Source: Oopsacas minuta (Eukaryota; Animalia; Porifera). From it: a DNA stretch of 64,000 bases. Numbering within the stretch: position 1 is the first letter of the stretch; every line of letters begins with the position of its first letter. The notes beneath the pieces were generated by a model, which was not told the DNA's origin, did no database searches, and saw nothing but the letters and a program-made list of their open reading frames with translations. Made by a program: the position numbers and the translations under genes. Location of the stretch: positions 253,060-317,059 of the forward strand of contig JAKMXF010000328.1 in the NCBI GenBank assembly GCA_024704765.1, written 5' to 3'. Shown here one piece after another: positions 27,401-40,453 of the stretch.

Positions 27401-27849
27401 TAATCTTTCCATAATATAGTTAGGTGATAATTGAAGTTCGGTTTTAGGAGATGGCGAGGTCAAACAGACATAGAAGAGGCTAGATCAGTGCATTCCATCC
27501 TATTTCGGATATGATTAATCACGCATTCTATATATGGCCGATACACTGTCTGAAGAAATTGAATTTTTTCATCTTCCATGATCACAATGTGTTTTCCACC
27601 AAGCTGTGTATCATCTGTATACACTAAAGAATGGTTCTTGAAGAGGTGGTGCTATTTACTATTTCATTAATCTCTGTTAGTTTTTCAGTGGTACTATTGA
27701 CCATTAATTGCACACTGCAAAGGTCAATCGCTTTCCCCTTTAAAATCCTTGTAACTTCGCTACTGTATCGAGTACACAATATTATGTATAGTATACATTA
27801 TAGTCGGTACAAACATGGACGATGTGCTACGTCTGTCCTTCCTTCCGCT

Positions 27850-29406
27850 GTAACCTGAGAATCTACAGTACTCCTTGCTTTGACAATGAGCGCTTCCATA
27901 GTTTAAGCAGTTAGGTGATCTGGAAATGCAACTAATTTTGAATTATTGATTATTGAAAGGCCATAAGGGTTGGTATGTCCAATACTGTGTAGGGGGGTCT
28001 CCTTCTGGTCAGATGACAATGTTATTGTATCTGTCCAGACAGAAGTCTGCTCATCCAACTTGCATTCCTTCTCCTCTGGTTACTAAGGAGCGGGACTTAT
28101 CTCCTGAGAGAGTAAATACGTGTATACACGGATTTCCATATCTACTCAACACAAATATTTCACTGTTGTAAACTTTACATCAACAGGTGGTTTAATGGTT
28201 TGGTGTCGTAGCGTGTCTTTAAATACCAGATTAGTTGTCAGGATTTGGAATCTGTTGTTGTACTCATCTGGTACATAAAGGTGTTGATTAGGAGAGATGG
28301 CAGGTTGTCTAGTGAATAGAATTCTTCACTATTAGATCCATCCTTACCTACTCGCTTTACCATAGTTAGATCTGACAGCTTGAATTGGAAGATAGCGTTA
28401 TGTCCTACATCTGTGACATAAATGTTGTCCTCATGGACTAGGATATTCCATGGACTCTTCAGGTGTCTATCTCCGAATATATTAAGATGGTGTCCTTCCT
28501 GGGAGGATAGTTGGATACGATTGTTGTTCATATTTGCCACATAAATATGTCCAGATGCAGGTTCAATTATGACGCCTCGTGGGTCGTTAAATGCCCCAGG
28601 AACTGATCCTTCTTTCTCAACAGCAACGATCGGCTGTGTAAATGCAGAGTAGTTAGGGATTACTGGATTAGGAGGGATGGGAGGATTCTCTTGTTGGTTT
28701 ATTTCTCCCAGACGAGAGATGCGTTCCTCGAGGTCTTGTGTGTCACACAAGAACCTCAGTTCTTGAGCTGGTGGTGTATTGAGGCGGAGTTCTGCCAGTT
28801 TATCCTCCATCTCTGCCACAAATCTCTCCAGCATTCACGGGTTGATTATTGCATAGGCCAAATAGGCCATGGCCTAGGGGCTCGCGCATAATTAGATTTC
28901 CTACATTATGCGAAGACGAATTATGTAACCTGTCTTTGTTGTGCATTGAATCGGATTTGACGAAAAACATCGACTTTCAGGATATCATTGATGACTTTGC
29001 AAAAATGAAATCAAGAAAAAGGCTAATTTGACGGATATGGGATGATGCACTTATCTAATTACTAGTTAACTACATATTGAATGTATTTTCATACAACTGT
29101 ATTTAGTGTTAGCAGAATACGTAGGGGCCCCGCAAAGTCTTAGTCCGGCCCTGCCTGCATTGTATGTAGCATGTTATGCTTTATTTGGCCTTCTAATATT
29201 GTCTTGGCTCCAACAAGTTCCTCCTCCATTTCCTGACGAGCCACCAGATTGGCTCTCATCTCTTTGCGTCTGTGCCTTAACGTGATTAAGAGATGGACCC
29301 GTCTCTGGTTGAGGAGGGATATCAACCTGTCGATGGATTGATTTATTTGGACCGTTATGGAATCGATAATTGGCACTCGGGTGGTTCCTGGGAATTGTGC
29401 TGCTAT
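27850..29406 (-). pseudogene. Coiled-coil plus NHL-repeat (TRIM/NHL-like) gene, disrupted
   Basis: INQSIDRLISLL coiled coil; GAFNDPRGV, IYVANMNNNRIQ, LKSPWNI, IYVTDVGHNAIFQF, NPCIHVFTLSGDKSRSL. Probable start is ATA at 29406; hAT insertion at 28836-29153; frameshift near 28290; later stops. Confidence 0.85.
28836..29153 (+). mobile_element. 318 bp hAT derivative
   Basis: Right end AGTCCGGCCCTG; TSD CCAGCATT / CCTGCATT (one mismatch); carries the hAT C-terminus LCIESDLTKNIDFQDIIDDFAKMKSRK*. Confidence 0.88.
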
Positions 29407-29716
29407 TATGTCGTCGATTATTTGTTGTTTAATTGGTGTGAAATTGTGTATATTTGTTTGTTCTCCAATATCACAGAATTTATAGTTTCTATTGAATGAA
29501 TATTCTCAATAGAACACTGCTGAACTGACACAATTATTAAAATAGAATTATAATTCTCAGTGGTTTGTGTTGTGTACCAAATTGTCTCTTGTGAATAACA
29601 AAGTACGTCAATGGTGCTATGGTTATTTCTTATAAATTAGGAATGTTTCTTGGTAATACACGTACTTTTGCATAATTAATTGTCTGAGAAATGGTTTATG
29701 GCAATTAATTATTCAA

Positions 29717-29717
<1 letters not shown>

Positions 29718-29749
<32 letters not shown>

Positions 29750-29750
29750 G
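29718..29750. repeat. (TTG)11 microsatellite
   Basis: Read directly from the sequence. Confidence 0.95.
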
Positions 29751-30614
29751 CTCAATTTCTCTTCCTTGGATGTAAAGTATAATCGATGCCACTGTACTGT
29801 GCCACATTAACCCAGCGGTTCCCAACAATATTTACCCATAGACCCCCTATAACAATTTATCACATTCTGTGCACCCCTGTTCATTTTCTTCCACCACCGA
29901 AGGGTTACATGTTGATATGATATCTCCTATTAGTACATATTAATCAATTCAGGATTGAGAATTTTGCGACACCACAAGGTCGTCAAAAAGTTTAGTTGCC
30001 TAAAAATGAATCTTACTGGAATCATTGAGTAGAAATGACTCAGGGTGATCTCAAATTATATTTTAATGTACTCAGGGCTGGCATTACAGTGAGCCTTGGG
30101 GGTGCACAACCTCTAACAATGAGGCGTAAATGATGGCGTAGCTCAGTCTTATCATTACACGCAAGTCATTTCGTGGTACACATATCAACAGAACAGAAAT
30201 TTACGAAGTAACTATCTTTTGTACAGGGGCCACCAAACACCTTGTAACGGCACTCCCTCTGTCGTTGGTCGCGTTCAATTGATAGTCACTTATCACTAGT
30301 TAAATAGTATTGCATAACTATCAGCAAAAGTGGTCGTATAACGGTGTGATTTGCTCATGGCAGGGAATTCTAGACATGTACAATTACACTATGAATATTT
30401 TAGATTAATATAACACGACTGCATTAAAACATAAATGATTTGGCCATCTGTGTGCCTTCGTGCGGGTCTGATTTATGATTGAAAATGATGAGAGTATCAC
30501 GAACACATTTACAATAAAGTAAACGTTCTATACAAGCTCACCTAAAAGGAATTCTTGCTGCTCTAATCAGAAATTGTTATAACATAGTTGAGAAAAATTG
30601 GGAAATACAGTGGA

Positions 30615-31300
30615 AGTAGCTTAATTGGGATATCAGCTTAAACGAGACAATGTTTTAGGAACAGATTTTTTCATACAAAATCGTCGAATAATTGGGAGAT
30701 CGAATCGGTTAATTAGGATTTCTTAGCCTGATTACCTAATATTCTGAACATTTTTTTCGCTCATATTCTGGACTTCTATCCAGATAAACCGATTGTTTAG
30801 ATAGATAGTTGCTAGTGGATTAATTAGGCGATTATAGTTATGGCGTTATTTAACTCAGTTTTGGTAATTCTCATATTTTAATAATTACTATGATGATTTC
30901 TTTTACAGCTAATGCATTTCAAGGAAGCTCAGCAACAGAGACAAGTATGGAGGCTTACCATGTCGATATCAGTCAGTTTGAAAAGATTCGAAAAACCTCT
31001 GATTGGTCAACTTGGGAGCAGATGTCCTTTTACTCTTTACCAACTAATAATCCTCCTCTCAAGAAGTATATTTCAGGAACATATGGCTATAGATATTGAT
31101 CTCTCTCACGAGATTCATAAACTCTATCAGAGCTAGCACTTAAAGAATTAAAAACTCGTCTTTCTCCACTACTATCTCTTTGATATTTTGGCTACCAAAG
31201 AAGAAACTGACAAGATAACAATAGTTAGAGCACTACAACTTGTGTCTAACAGGGTTGTAACAAGAAGGTTCCAATATCTTGCAAGGAAATTATTAGCTCT
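30615..31300 (+). mobile_element. Possible pogo/Tigger remnant
   Basis: TA-CAGTGGAAGTAGCTTAATTGGGA resembles a pogo terminus; downstream fragments are only faintly transposase-like. Confidence 0.3.
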
Positions 31301-32976
31301 GGTACTTTTTCGATTCCCTTGCCTCACATGCCATTGTCTAAATCTGTTTTCTTATTGATCACCTTCAACTTGGTAATCGGAAATACAATGAACTACTTCG
31401 GCTTTGCAAAACAGAAATATTTGTATTCGTTCTTATAATGAGATCTTGGAATATCGTTCACAAATTGTGCTCAGTTTAGTCTAAAATTCATTACAGCTCC
31501 CGCTGATGAATACAATATAGGTATTGCCATCTCATACCAGGTTTATTAGACCACACTTTCACACGTCTATTTGAGTTAATTAATGAAAGCGAAAAGTATA
31601 TCTACCCTTTAACATTAATAATATCAGTTAGTCTGGATGGATCAAGTTCTCATAAGATGTATAATCAGAAGCATGAGAAGTACAAGTTTTCACGCTAAGA
31701 TTATATCTGAACTCCAAATGAAGTATAATTCTCCCACAAAACGTACCAGAAAAATCACTCGCTGATAGTAGTTTAAAAGAAAACAGACCTGTTTCATTGA
31801 TGTGCAAGAAAGAAAATAAAGTGAATGTTAAGTTCATCATAGATACAATTATTAATGCAGAACTTCATTAATTGAAACAGTAGGCATATCCCATTCTAAA
31901 GCACAAATATCAATCAAAAAATATATGGAGACCATGTTTGACGGGAAATGTCTGCAATCTTATCAAGTGCAAGTGCTGCTAGTTATCAGCTATATACTAC
32001 AACACATGAGGAATTAAAAAATTAGATCTCATTCGTCCAGGTTACCCAATTAACGGATCCATATCAGATGCTAATCTCATCCTCACAACAGTTGACAGTG
32101 AAGATTTCGTGTCTTTACCCTCTAAAGAAATTTAGGTTTACTCATGAGCCCATTTCTACTATCGATATAATCTGAGCATCACCTCTACACTCATACACTT
32201 GGTTATCTGATGGTTTATGGTCCTTCATCTAGACGTGTTGTAGACTCAATGAAGTTTGTCAGTGAATTTTAGAGGAAAAAATAGATTTAAGATAGATCAA
32301 GTATCGAGTGCAGGAGGAACAACATCAACTAGCATGTTACTCGATCATGTTTTATGGGTAAGAATAATTTTATTGAATGTATATCAACTTTGTTACCAAC
32401 AGATCATAGAGGACCAATAAGGTTAATTCTTCTTAGTGTTTCAGCTAATTTTGGGTGTTTTTGTGGGCAGAAAATTGACACAGACAGACTGGACAATTTA
32501 TTTAAATATTCATATGAATTTATTGTCGTTAACACCTAATGAGCAAATGTAACTCCTTCTCTCCATAAGCTCTTAGCTCCCAGTGCCGGACTAATCCCCT
32601 GCTGTAATGATGGCGATAGTATGAAACAGTATTCTGAAGAGGCTCTAGAGTCTTGAAACAAATTAGAAATTATCGAGAAAATCTTTCAAGGAAATGCTCA
32701 TTCAATTCCACCATCAGAGCTGTATTTGTCCTCCCTTTGAGGGAAAGTGATCCGATTTTGCTGAATTATCGGTAGGTGCCCCAGTCTAGCTTTAGTGAGG
32801 CCAAAAATTATTTCAGAATTTATTGGTAGAGTCCTTGTGCGATTTGGTTGATTATTGATTATACAACCACAATGTATTCGTTATTCAAAGATATATTATA
32901 TAACCATGACTTCTAGAAAATTGACCACATAATGAATTAGATTGATTCCAATATTCTTAGAACTAATATACATTAT

Positions 32977-33128
32977 AAAGGAGAACCTCGTTAATACGTA
33001 CACCAAGGGACCGTCGAGATTTGTACTCCCTATCCGGAGTGAAACATTTGGGTATCCATTGTACTGACTAAAATTGTGTAAAATTGTGTCCGTCTTAACC
33101 GAAAATTCGTATTAACGAGGTTTCACTG
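32977..33128. mobile_element. Tigger/pogo-like MITE, about 150 bp
   Basis: Inverted AACCTCGTTAATACG / CGTATTAACGAGGTTTCACTG followed by TA; the first bases of the left TIR are degenerate. Confidence 0.75.
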
Positions 33129-33481
33129 TATTTCACTAAATTAGATATTTTTACCCACTTCCCGCAAGTGCAATTAGCTATGTTTTCGAATGGTATATTG
33201 ACTGGCCACCATAGAGTCTTTTATTTGTTTTCCTCCCAAAAGATCGTGTTGTTCTTAAAACGTTTCATTCAATAAGTTCTCAATATTGGTCAAATACATT
33301 TGCTTACTACCTATTTTGTACTTAACAAATATTGTTATAAATTCAGTCTTCCCACGCTTGGCCTTTTTTCGCTAAATATATTTTGGTTGAAATTTATGTG
33401 GTCTTGATGTTCTATGACGTGGGCCACCTCACCTGATTAATATATACTACGTCAAGCTCATAGGATTCTAATACACTAAGG

Positions 33482-33597
33482 CATTGGTTCTTAACCTTTT
33501 TCTTCCTCCGACCTCTTTGGTTCATTTATGGGGTCCGCGGACCCCCTCCCAATAAACATAACAAAAACATTTTTAGGCCCCAGGTTGAGAACCACTG
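33482..33597. mobile_element. 116 bp hAT (Charlie/MER5-like) MITE
   Basis: TIRs CA(T/G)TGGTTCT(T/C)AACCT; perfect 8 bp TSD CACTAAGG at 33474-33481 and 33598-33605. Confidence 0.93.
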
Positions 33598-33799
33598 CAC
33601 TAAGGCAATGCGCTGGCTCTTTTTCAGGACCAGAGATTGGTTAACCGAGTTTGGGATTATTATCCTGGAGCGTATATCTCAGAAACAATGCACTTTTGGC
33701 CGAATTAAGTATTTCACACTTGTAGAAATACAATTATCAAAACTGCTCCACCTTTAACACCATATAAAACGTCAACTATTGATATTTGATTAACATGTT

Positions 33800-34100
33800 G
33801 AAATATGAAATGTTCTATAATCGTTTCTACACAAAATTAAAAATTTGTCAAGATAATATTTCCTGAGTTATAGTACAAACCATGGATAGCACATGTTTTG
33901 CCAATATCCACTTATAACTCGATAATCATGGATATTGTTGTAAAGTCATGATAGCTATTATAGTATACATCCGATTATCCATACCCTAATAATACATTTT
34001 GATATGATAACTCTTACCAATGTGAAGTAATAGTTAATATGCCCATATATGGTTATTTTCAATTTATCGCAATGATTTTCTTGCTAACTTTATCATGACA
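33800..34100. repeat. Copy of the long-TIR family in opposite orientation
   Basis: CCATGGAT, CACTTATAACTCGATAATC and CCATACCCTAATAATAC match 56970-57100. Confidence 0.7.
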
Positions 34101-35277
34101 AATATATATTTGGTGTAATAACGATTTATAAGATTTCGTATTTCAACATTTTAGTCAAGTCACTTATTGTTTGTCAATTTGTCATCTATGAACGCTATTC
34201 TAACATCTTGTCTTTCGCGATTTTCTATTCTCGACAATTCTCAGGAATGTTACCCCCACGAATGGCGAAGGCTGCCTGTGTATAGCATTTCAGGGATAAT
34301 TGATTGGATCGAGGAATATGCTCAGCGCAAGAAAGCGAAGAAGCCATCAGATTGGCTAAGGACACAGCTGAGGGACGGAGAGATCCACTCTGGGAAGTTT
34401 AAATGATACGGGGGCCTGGGCGTCGAAGACAAATCGTAACGCCAATGAGTTTGAGGGAGAAGGTGATCAAGAAGATCTATGGACTCATGTGCGTGAGCTA
34501 AGAACACTAGATATGATTAAGCGGAACTACTTCTGGCAAGGTATGAAAGCAGACGTATCCCAGTTTTGTAAGGTGTCATGATTGTAACAGCAAAAAAGGC
34601 GAGTGGTGCTGCCAAACAGATGCTACACCCCAACGAGTTGGGCGGGCATCGCTCCAGATCAGCGGTTGCAATGGACGTTGCGACATTGCCATGGAGCGAC
34701 GACTATTATCGCTATTTTTTATTGGGATAGACATGTTCACAGGCTAGATAGAGCTAATCGCGTTGCAGAATCACACTGCTGCAAGCATTGAGACCGCATT
34801 ACCCCTGGTTGGATACAACGACAAGGCGTACTAAAAGAGATCCTAAGGATCAAGAACGCAACATGGATGGGGAGTTGGTTGATACAGTTTGCAAGAGTTT
34901 GTGAATTGAGAGAAATTCCACGCCTTACCACCCTGTACGGCGAAAAGTTGTGTGGACTATCGAAACAATGCTGGAAAAGTTTACCGATAAAGCCATAGTG
35001 ATTACCGCATTGAGAGACTGAGGTAAGTTCAGGTGGAACTAGGGGAAATAGCAATACAGAAATCTAGGAACGCTAGTGAGCGAATGAAACAAACCTATGA
35101 CATTGATAAGGACTGTAAAGCCACTGAAGGAGTTACGAATCCAGGAATGATTTATTGGACCCACCTTACCTAGGCACATACTTACTACGCAGGAGAAGAT
35201 GTGCCAATGTATTGTTGAGAGACACACTATCCAAAAGGAGAAATGGGTAGACCTAAATAGATTCAAAGTCGTGCCGG

Positions 35278-37583
35278 TGTCACATAGTAATTTTCCCTAC
35301 ACATACCCCGGGAAAAATGCTGTGTAGTAGTTTTCCCCCTGAGAAAATTGTGAAGTATGGTAAAGTTCCCTCTATTCAACAAAGCAATCTAAAACAATTG
35401 AACCCATATAAGCTTTAAGAAGTCAAACAAGTAAATTGCAATATAACCAGGAAATACCGTAAATATATATATTATACATTTGATGATCAAATTTCACTTT
35501 GATTTATGCAACTTTCAACTTATGAAGATATTTACAAATATGTGGAAAGGGGATTCTACACAAAATCTTTTGAAAACCTGGACAAGAAATTATTAAAGGA
35601 TAAACAAAAGATTTTAGAAAGAAATGTCAATCGTTTCAAGTTAAAAATGGCCTTCTCTACCATATTCCGACGAAGTCACGACCTGATAGTTACAGAGAAG
35701 TTCCAAAGGAGATAGACAAAGGAATAATTTTTCGAGCATTGCATTGTTCTAAGGCGGGCGGCTGTCACTTTGGTATTTGTTCTACATTCAATGAGATATC
35801 TGAAAGGTACTGGTGGAAAGGGATGTACAATGATATTCTCTCGAAGGTAAATAGTTGTCATGAATGTCAACAGCAAAATCAATTCAAGAAAGGCCCATCC
35901 GAACTACATCCTGTGAATATACCAGATAGAAGTTTTTCCAAATGGGGAATGGATTTAATTGGTCCTCTCACAGCAACAGTGGAAGGAAATTCTTATATTA
36001 TTGTTTTACTGAATATTTCACTCGTTGGGCAGAGGCCAAGGTAATTCCTAACAAGACTGCCTCTTGTACTTTTGCTGCGATATTGGATCTTATAATAACT
36101 TGATTTGGTGCCCCTAAAATATAATCTCCGAACAGGGAAGAGAATTCGTGAATGAACTCAACCATCTACTCTTTCTAGAACTTGAGATTAAGCATAACAT
36201 ATGCAGTGCATATCATCCGCTGTCTAATGGTCTAACGGTAAGATTTAATCAATCTCTCATCATCCAGTTGCGGAAGGTGGTGAACGACAATATGGACAAT
36301 TGGGATAAGTTAATCTCTTGGATATTAATGTCCTGCAGGTCTAATCGACAAGCATCACAAAATTCTCGCCGTATTTTTCAGTTTATGGAAACAAATGCGA
36401 CTACCAATCGAGCTAGAATCATATAAAGTTAACACAGATATGGAACAAAATGACCAAGATGTCTTGGAATCCAGAATCACGCGGCTAGGAATTCTAAGCT
36501 CGTTCAGGATTACTGCTAAATGTAACCTTACTAACTCTCAGCAAGCACGAAAACCAATACGATTCCAAACACCAATGTCCCAAGTATAAATTGAGTGATC
36601 TTGTGGTATACAAACTGTCGACGCAAAACACGTAAGGGTGGAAAGCTTGAATCTGTATGGATAGGGTAGAGAATTATCATAGAAGTCTTGGAAAAAGGTA
36701 CATATATATTAGATGGTCTCGAAAGAATTTTTAATGCTACTCAACTTAAACCAGTTATTAAGGAGGATGTGGTAACAGAATTACCAGCAAAGAAATCAAA
36801 TTAATCGAAAACAATAACGAAGAAGTAATTTCACTTGAACTAAAACAGGAGGTTCAAAACTATATATTCCACCCACCAGAAGTACAATGGCAGAGGAATA
36901 TATGCGATGCTTCTGGAGGAGTATTGAAGTGTAAGGAGAAGTCGTCACCTATTGGTCAAGTACTAAATGTAAATTTACAACACTTTCGAAACCGACTCGA
37001 ATAAAGCGTATTATCGGTATGGTGATTGTGTTTTTAGAGCTTTATCATTCGTAATTACTGGAGAAGAAGACCAGCAATCTGCAATACCGAAATATGTATC
37101 TGATTTTATGGAATTAAAAGGGAAGGAAATAGGTGGAAAAAATCCCAAAGATTATCTCGAAGATTCGAAAATGAGGAAAGATGGAATGTGGGGACTATGA
37201 TGAAATTTTTTCTGCAGCAGCTTGTTAACAACTACAATTTATACCTGGAAAATATTTGGGAGAAAGACTTTGCTGGAATCGATATGGTCATAATAAAGAA
37301 AATATCAACAATTTCGGGATATATGTTGATAATTCTAGTGGCATCCATTATGATATTGTTCTATCGATTGGTAAAAAATGATAGCATTTCTATTATTCAT
37401 TACTTTTAGCTATTATATTATATTCCTTTCTTCTTAAGTGAGTTTCTCATATTGATACTATTAAAACACAATTAAGTAATCATCTGATTGTTTACTAAGT
37501 AGTAATTTTGCAAGGGGGAAAATCACTACATAGCAAATTTCCCGGGGGAAAAACCATTATAGGGGGATGAATACTATGTGACA
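35278..37583 (+). mobile_element. Ginger1-type DNA transposon (Gypsy-like integrase plus OTU), 2,306 bp, decayed
   Basis: TIRs TGTCACATAGTA...TACTATGTGACA; TSD CCGG on both sides. IYKYVERGFY; HHCC (H..K.GGCHFG...RYWWKGM...CHEC); WGMDLIGP, QGREFVN, SAYHPLSNGL. OTU: GDCVFRALSFVITGEE, GMWG, SSGIHYDIV. Confidence 0.92.
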
Positions 37584-37854
37584 CCGGGGGCCACAATCAG
37601 TTGAATATAGTCGTACCAGTAGCTGAAGCTATGGAACGGAGAGTGGAGGACCAAGACCAGTAGTTTATCGATAATACCAGAGAGGCGGACGAAGCCAGTG
37701 AAACTGACCCTCCTTTCGACGAAAATAGAAATGTTAGGAGATCCCAATGATTACCGAAACAAACCGAGTTTTTCGGTGAGCCGATTCCTTAGGAGAGTTT
37801 AAACCCACGGAGATCAGATACTAATGACCCGTTTTTTTTAGGAGAGGGAAGTGA

Positions 37855-38014
37855 TGTAAAAAATAATCGTCTCCCACTTCTTATTCACCCACATTGTTTA
37901 GTATTCTCATAGACTAGATAAAGGAATCTTAGTAATTATTGACTGAGTGTTACTTCTCTGTAATAAATCACTTATTGTATCGTTAGTAATATTACCGTAT
38001 AGCATATTATAACA
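37855..38014 (+). repeat. Putative 3' LTR, 160 bp
   Basis: Starts TGTAA directly after the polypurine tract, ends TAACA, contains AATAAA. No 5' partner in the window. Confidence 0.65.
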
Positions 38015-38268
38015 GCAAGAATATTGAAATTTATGCAGAATGGCGATGAAATTTGTAAAATTTTCGAAATTAATGAATTAAAATTGAACCTGTCATAAGA
38101 GGCGCACAGGTGGCGCATGAATGGGGGCGGTATAGAGCATTAAAAGAGCGCGTTCCTATTCGACGAGCGGGACCTGGAGCGACGCTCCATTTTTGAAGGA
38201 GCTGGCTCCTATTTAATTTAAGATTGAATTCAATCTTATTCCTCTCTATTATGTTAGTTGGTTGTAAA

Positions 38269-39645
38269 ATGAGTGACTTGGAATCTGATGAAGAAGATGA
38301 AAGGCGATTCTTGCTTCGGTTTCTTCGCCTCAGACAACAATCAGAATTTAGTTCACCAGATAATGAAATTCTCCAACATTCCATTTCGGAATATTGTTAC
38401 AGAGTCAGTGAGAATGACATTACCAATTCTACTTTGCAGGGATCTGAATTATTTTTAAGTTGCAGAGGTTGGTCACCTGACAGAACAAGTTTCTACTCGA
38501 AACTACGTCGAAGAGAATTTCAATCTTCCCACCTCAGCCTTAAGTCCATGCAGTCTTATACAGAAAAACGCATCCCTAACACTGTAGGATTTTCCTTTAA
38601 GAACAACTCTCGTATTTATGTATCTCAGTACAGTCAGGATGGTACAATTTTCTATGTTGCTACTCAAGATGGAGACATTACGCTATATAGCGTCCCCACC
38701 TTCACACCAATCAAATACATACAAGCGTGCGAAGTTGGCTGGGCTGTGATCAGCTGTTCGCTTAATATGACAAATAACCTATTGGCTTACAGCACTTGGT
38801 CACCTTGTGTATATCTTTACCATATTGATGACCCTGCCTGTACACCATTCTTGATCAATCTCGGACCCACACATAAGAGTTTCGCAATATTCGATACAAC
38901 ATTTTCGGCAGACAGCTCTGTCATAGCGGCAACTTGCTCAGATGGATGTGTTTATCTTTGTGATGTGGAGAGACGTATCCGTACACATCGTGTGGTAGCT
39001 CATGAGGATCACGCGAATGCATGCGTGTTCCTAGATCAGTCATGTCATTTGCTAATTTCTGGAGGTGAAGATGGTCTCATTAGACTTTGGGACACTCGTC
39101 ATATTGCTGGAATTTTAGACGATCCTGTAGCCACATTTCCTGGCCACATCGACAGCATTACGAGTTTAGATGCGCGCTTTGATGAGAGATACTTTATCTC
39201 CAATTCTAAAGACCAGACAATAAAACTGTGGGATGTACGTAAACCTGGAGATGGACGTACTGTGGAGCGAACGAAAACTGTTGTGTCTAGACAAAACTGG
39301 GATTACAGATGGGAAGATCCTCCCGAATTTCTCGCTCAAATGCGATTGTATGGCGACACCTCAATCTGCTCCTACACAGGACATAGGGTACAAACCACTC
39401 TCATTCGTGCTAGATTCTCTCCTCAGCATACAACTGCCTCCAAATACATATATACAGGATCACACGGAGGTCGTCGTGATAGTAAGGCACACATCTATGA
39501 CATGCTTACTGGGGAGTTGGTTGCTAAAATAGGCTCTCACTCTTCTCTGATAAGAGATGTGTCTTGGCATCCTTACCATTTGTGGCTAAACACTTCTTCT
39601 TGGGATGGTACGTGGTTACAGTGGAAGTATGTCCCCGATGTATAG
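38269..39645 (+). CDS. DCAF11: DDB1- and CUL4-associated factor 11 (WDR23/LEC14B), single exon, about 458 aa
   Basis: WD40 repeats with family motifs ISNSKDQTIKLWDVRK, NWDYRW, YTGHRVQTTLIRARFSP, YIYTGS, IRDVSWHP and SSWDG. Start placed at ATG 38269; another in-frame ATG lies at 38251. Confidence 0.92.
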   Translation: MSDLESDEEDERRFLLRFLRLRQQSEFSSPDNEILQHSISEYCYRVSENDITNSTLQGSELFLSCRGWSPDRTSFYSKLRRREFQSSHLSLKSMQSYTEKRIPNTVGFSFKNNSRIYVSQYSQDGTIFYVATQDGDITLYSVPTFTPIKYIQACEVGWAVISCSLNMTNNLLAYSTWSPCVYLYHIDDPACTPFLINLGPTHKSFAIFDTTFSADSSVIAATCSDGCVYLCDVERRIRTHRVVAHEDHANACVFLDQSCHLLISGGEDGLIRLWDTRHIAGILDDPVATFPGHIDSITSLDARFDERYFISNSKDQTIKLWDVRKPGDGRTVERTKTVVSRQNWDYRWEDPPEFLAQMRLYGDTSICSYTGHRVQTTLIRARFSPQHTTASKYIYTGSHGGRRDSKAHIYDMLTGELVAKIGSHSSLIRDVSWHPYHLWLNTSSWDGTWLQWKYVPDV

Positions 39646-40453
39646 AGTTGTGTATTGATTGTTATTCTAAATCTAATGTTTATTTCCAGCTATTTTATAT
39701 ACCTATTATGATATACATTTTTTCAAGTATCCTCCTTCACCAATCTGTCCTGGGTTCCCAGGTCTCTTTCGTAAATTTCGTAACGTTTGTTTGAAAGTTT
39801 GTCTGTTGTTAAGGAAAGTTATAGCACAAACTTGCGGCGCTTAATGAGGGAAATACGATATTTCTTGTTAATCAATAACATAAAAAGAATTCAACAAAAC
39901 TTGACAACTAAATAGAATATGCTGAATGCGATTAAACACATTTTAGAATTACATCATATGGAAAATTAATCTAATTTTGCTTTATTATTTGTTAATTTAA
40001 TACCTAAAATCAAATATAGCCAGATGCTTGCCATCAACTGCTTTCCAAATCAATCGTGGTGATTCCGAATTTCGCATTTTCAAGCTGCGTACCGAAGGTC
40101 GGGTGGGGGGGTTCCGCCACACCCCGGCGGAATATTACCACTTAAAGGCCGAATCCATTCAATAGTATCTATATAACATACATGCCAACCTGCGATACAT
40201 CAATCCCTTGACACGAGAATTTGTTTTTCGCTCGCTTCCTTATAAAGTTGATTAACAACAGAACTGATTCATCCAATAATCAAATAAAACCAGTCTGAGA
40301 CTGACAGACTTGTGGATTTCATATAAAATCGTTTTCAAATGATTGTTCCATTTGTTGCTACAATAATTTGATTTGATATGAATTGAAATAATACATCGAT
40401 TCCACTAATCTGTTGGCTGAATATCCAATATATTCCAGAGTAGTTAAATAATA

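Larger units (their letters stand above)
34250..38014 (+). mobile_element. 5'-truncated Gypsy LTR retrotransposon (integrase remnant, PPT, 3' LTR), interrupted by a Ginger element
   Basis: RTLDMIKRNYFWQGMKADV (zinc-binding region), AMDVATLPW, GIDMFT and TPYHP. The sequence resumes after 37587 and ends in PPT AGGAGAGGGAAGTGA plus an LTR. Confidence 0.8.

Noticed and set aside
38070-38384. 104 aa antisense ORF over the DCAF11 5' end, and other short ORFs overlapping CPT2, DCAF11 and HIRA
   Set aside because: No recognisable motifs; they are shadow frames of real genes.
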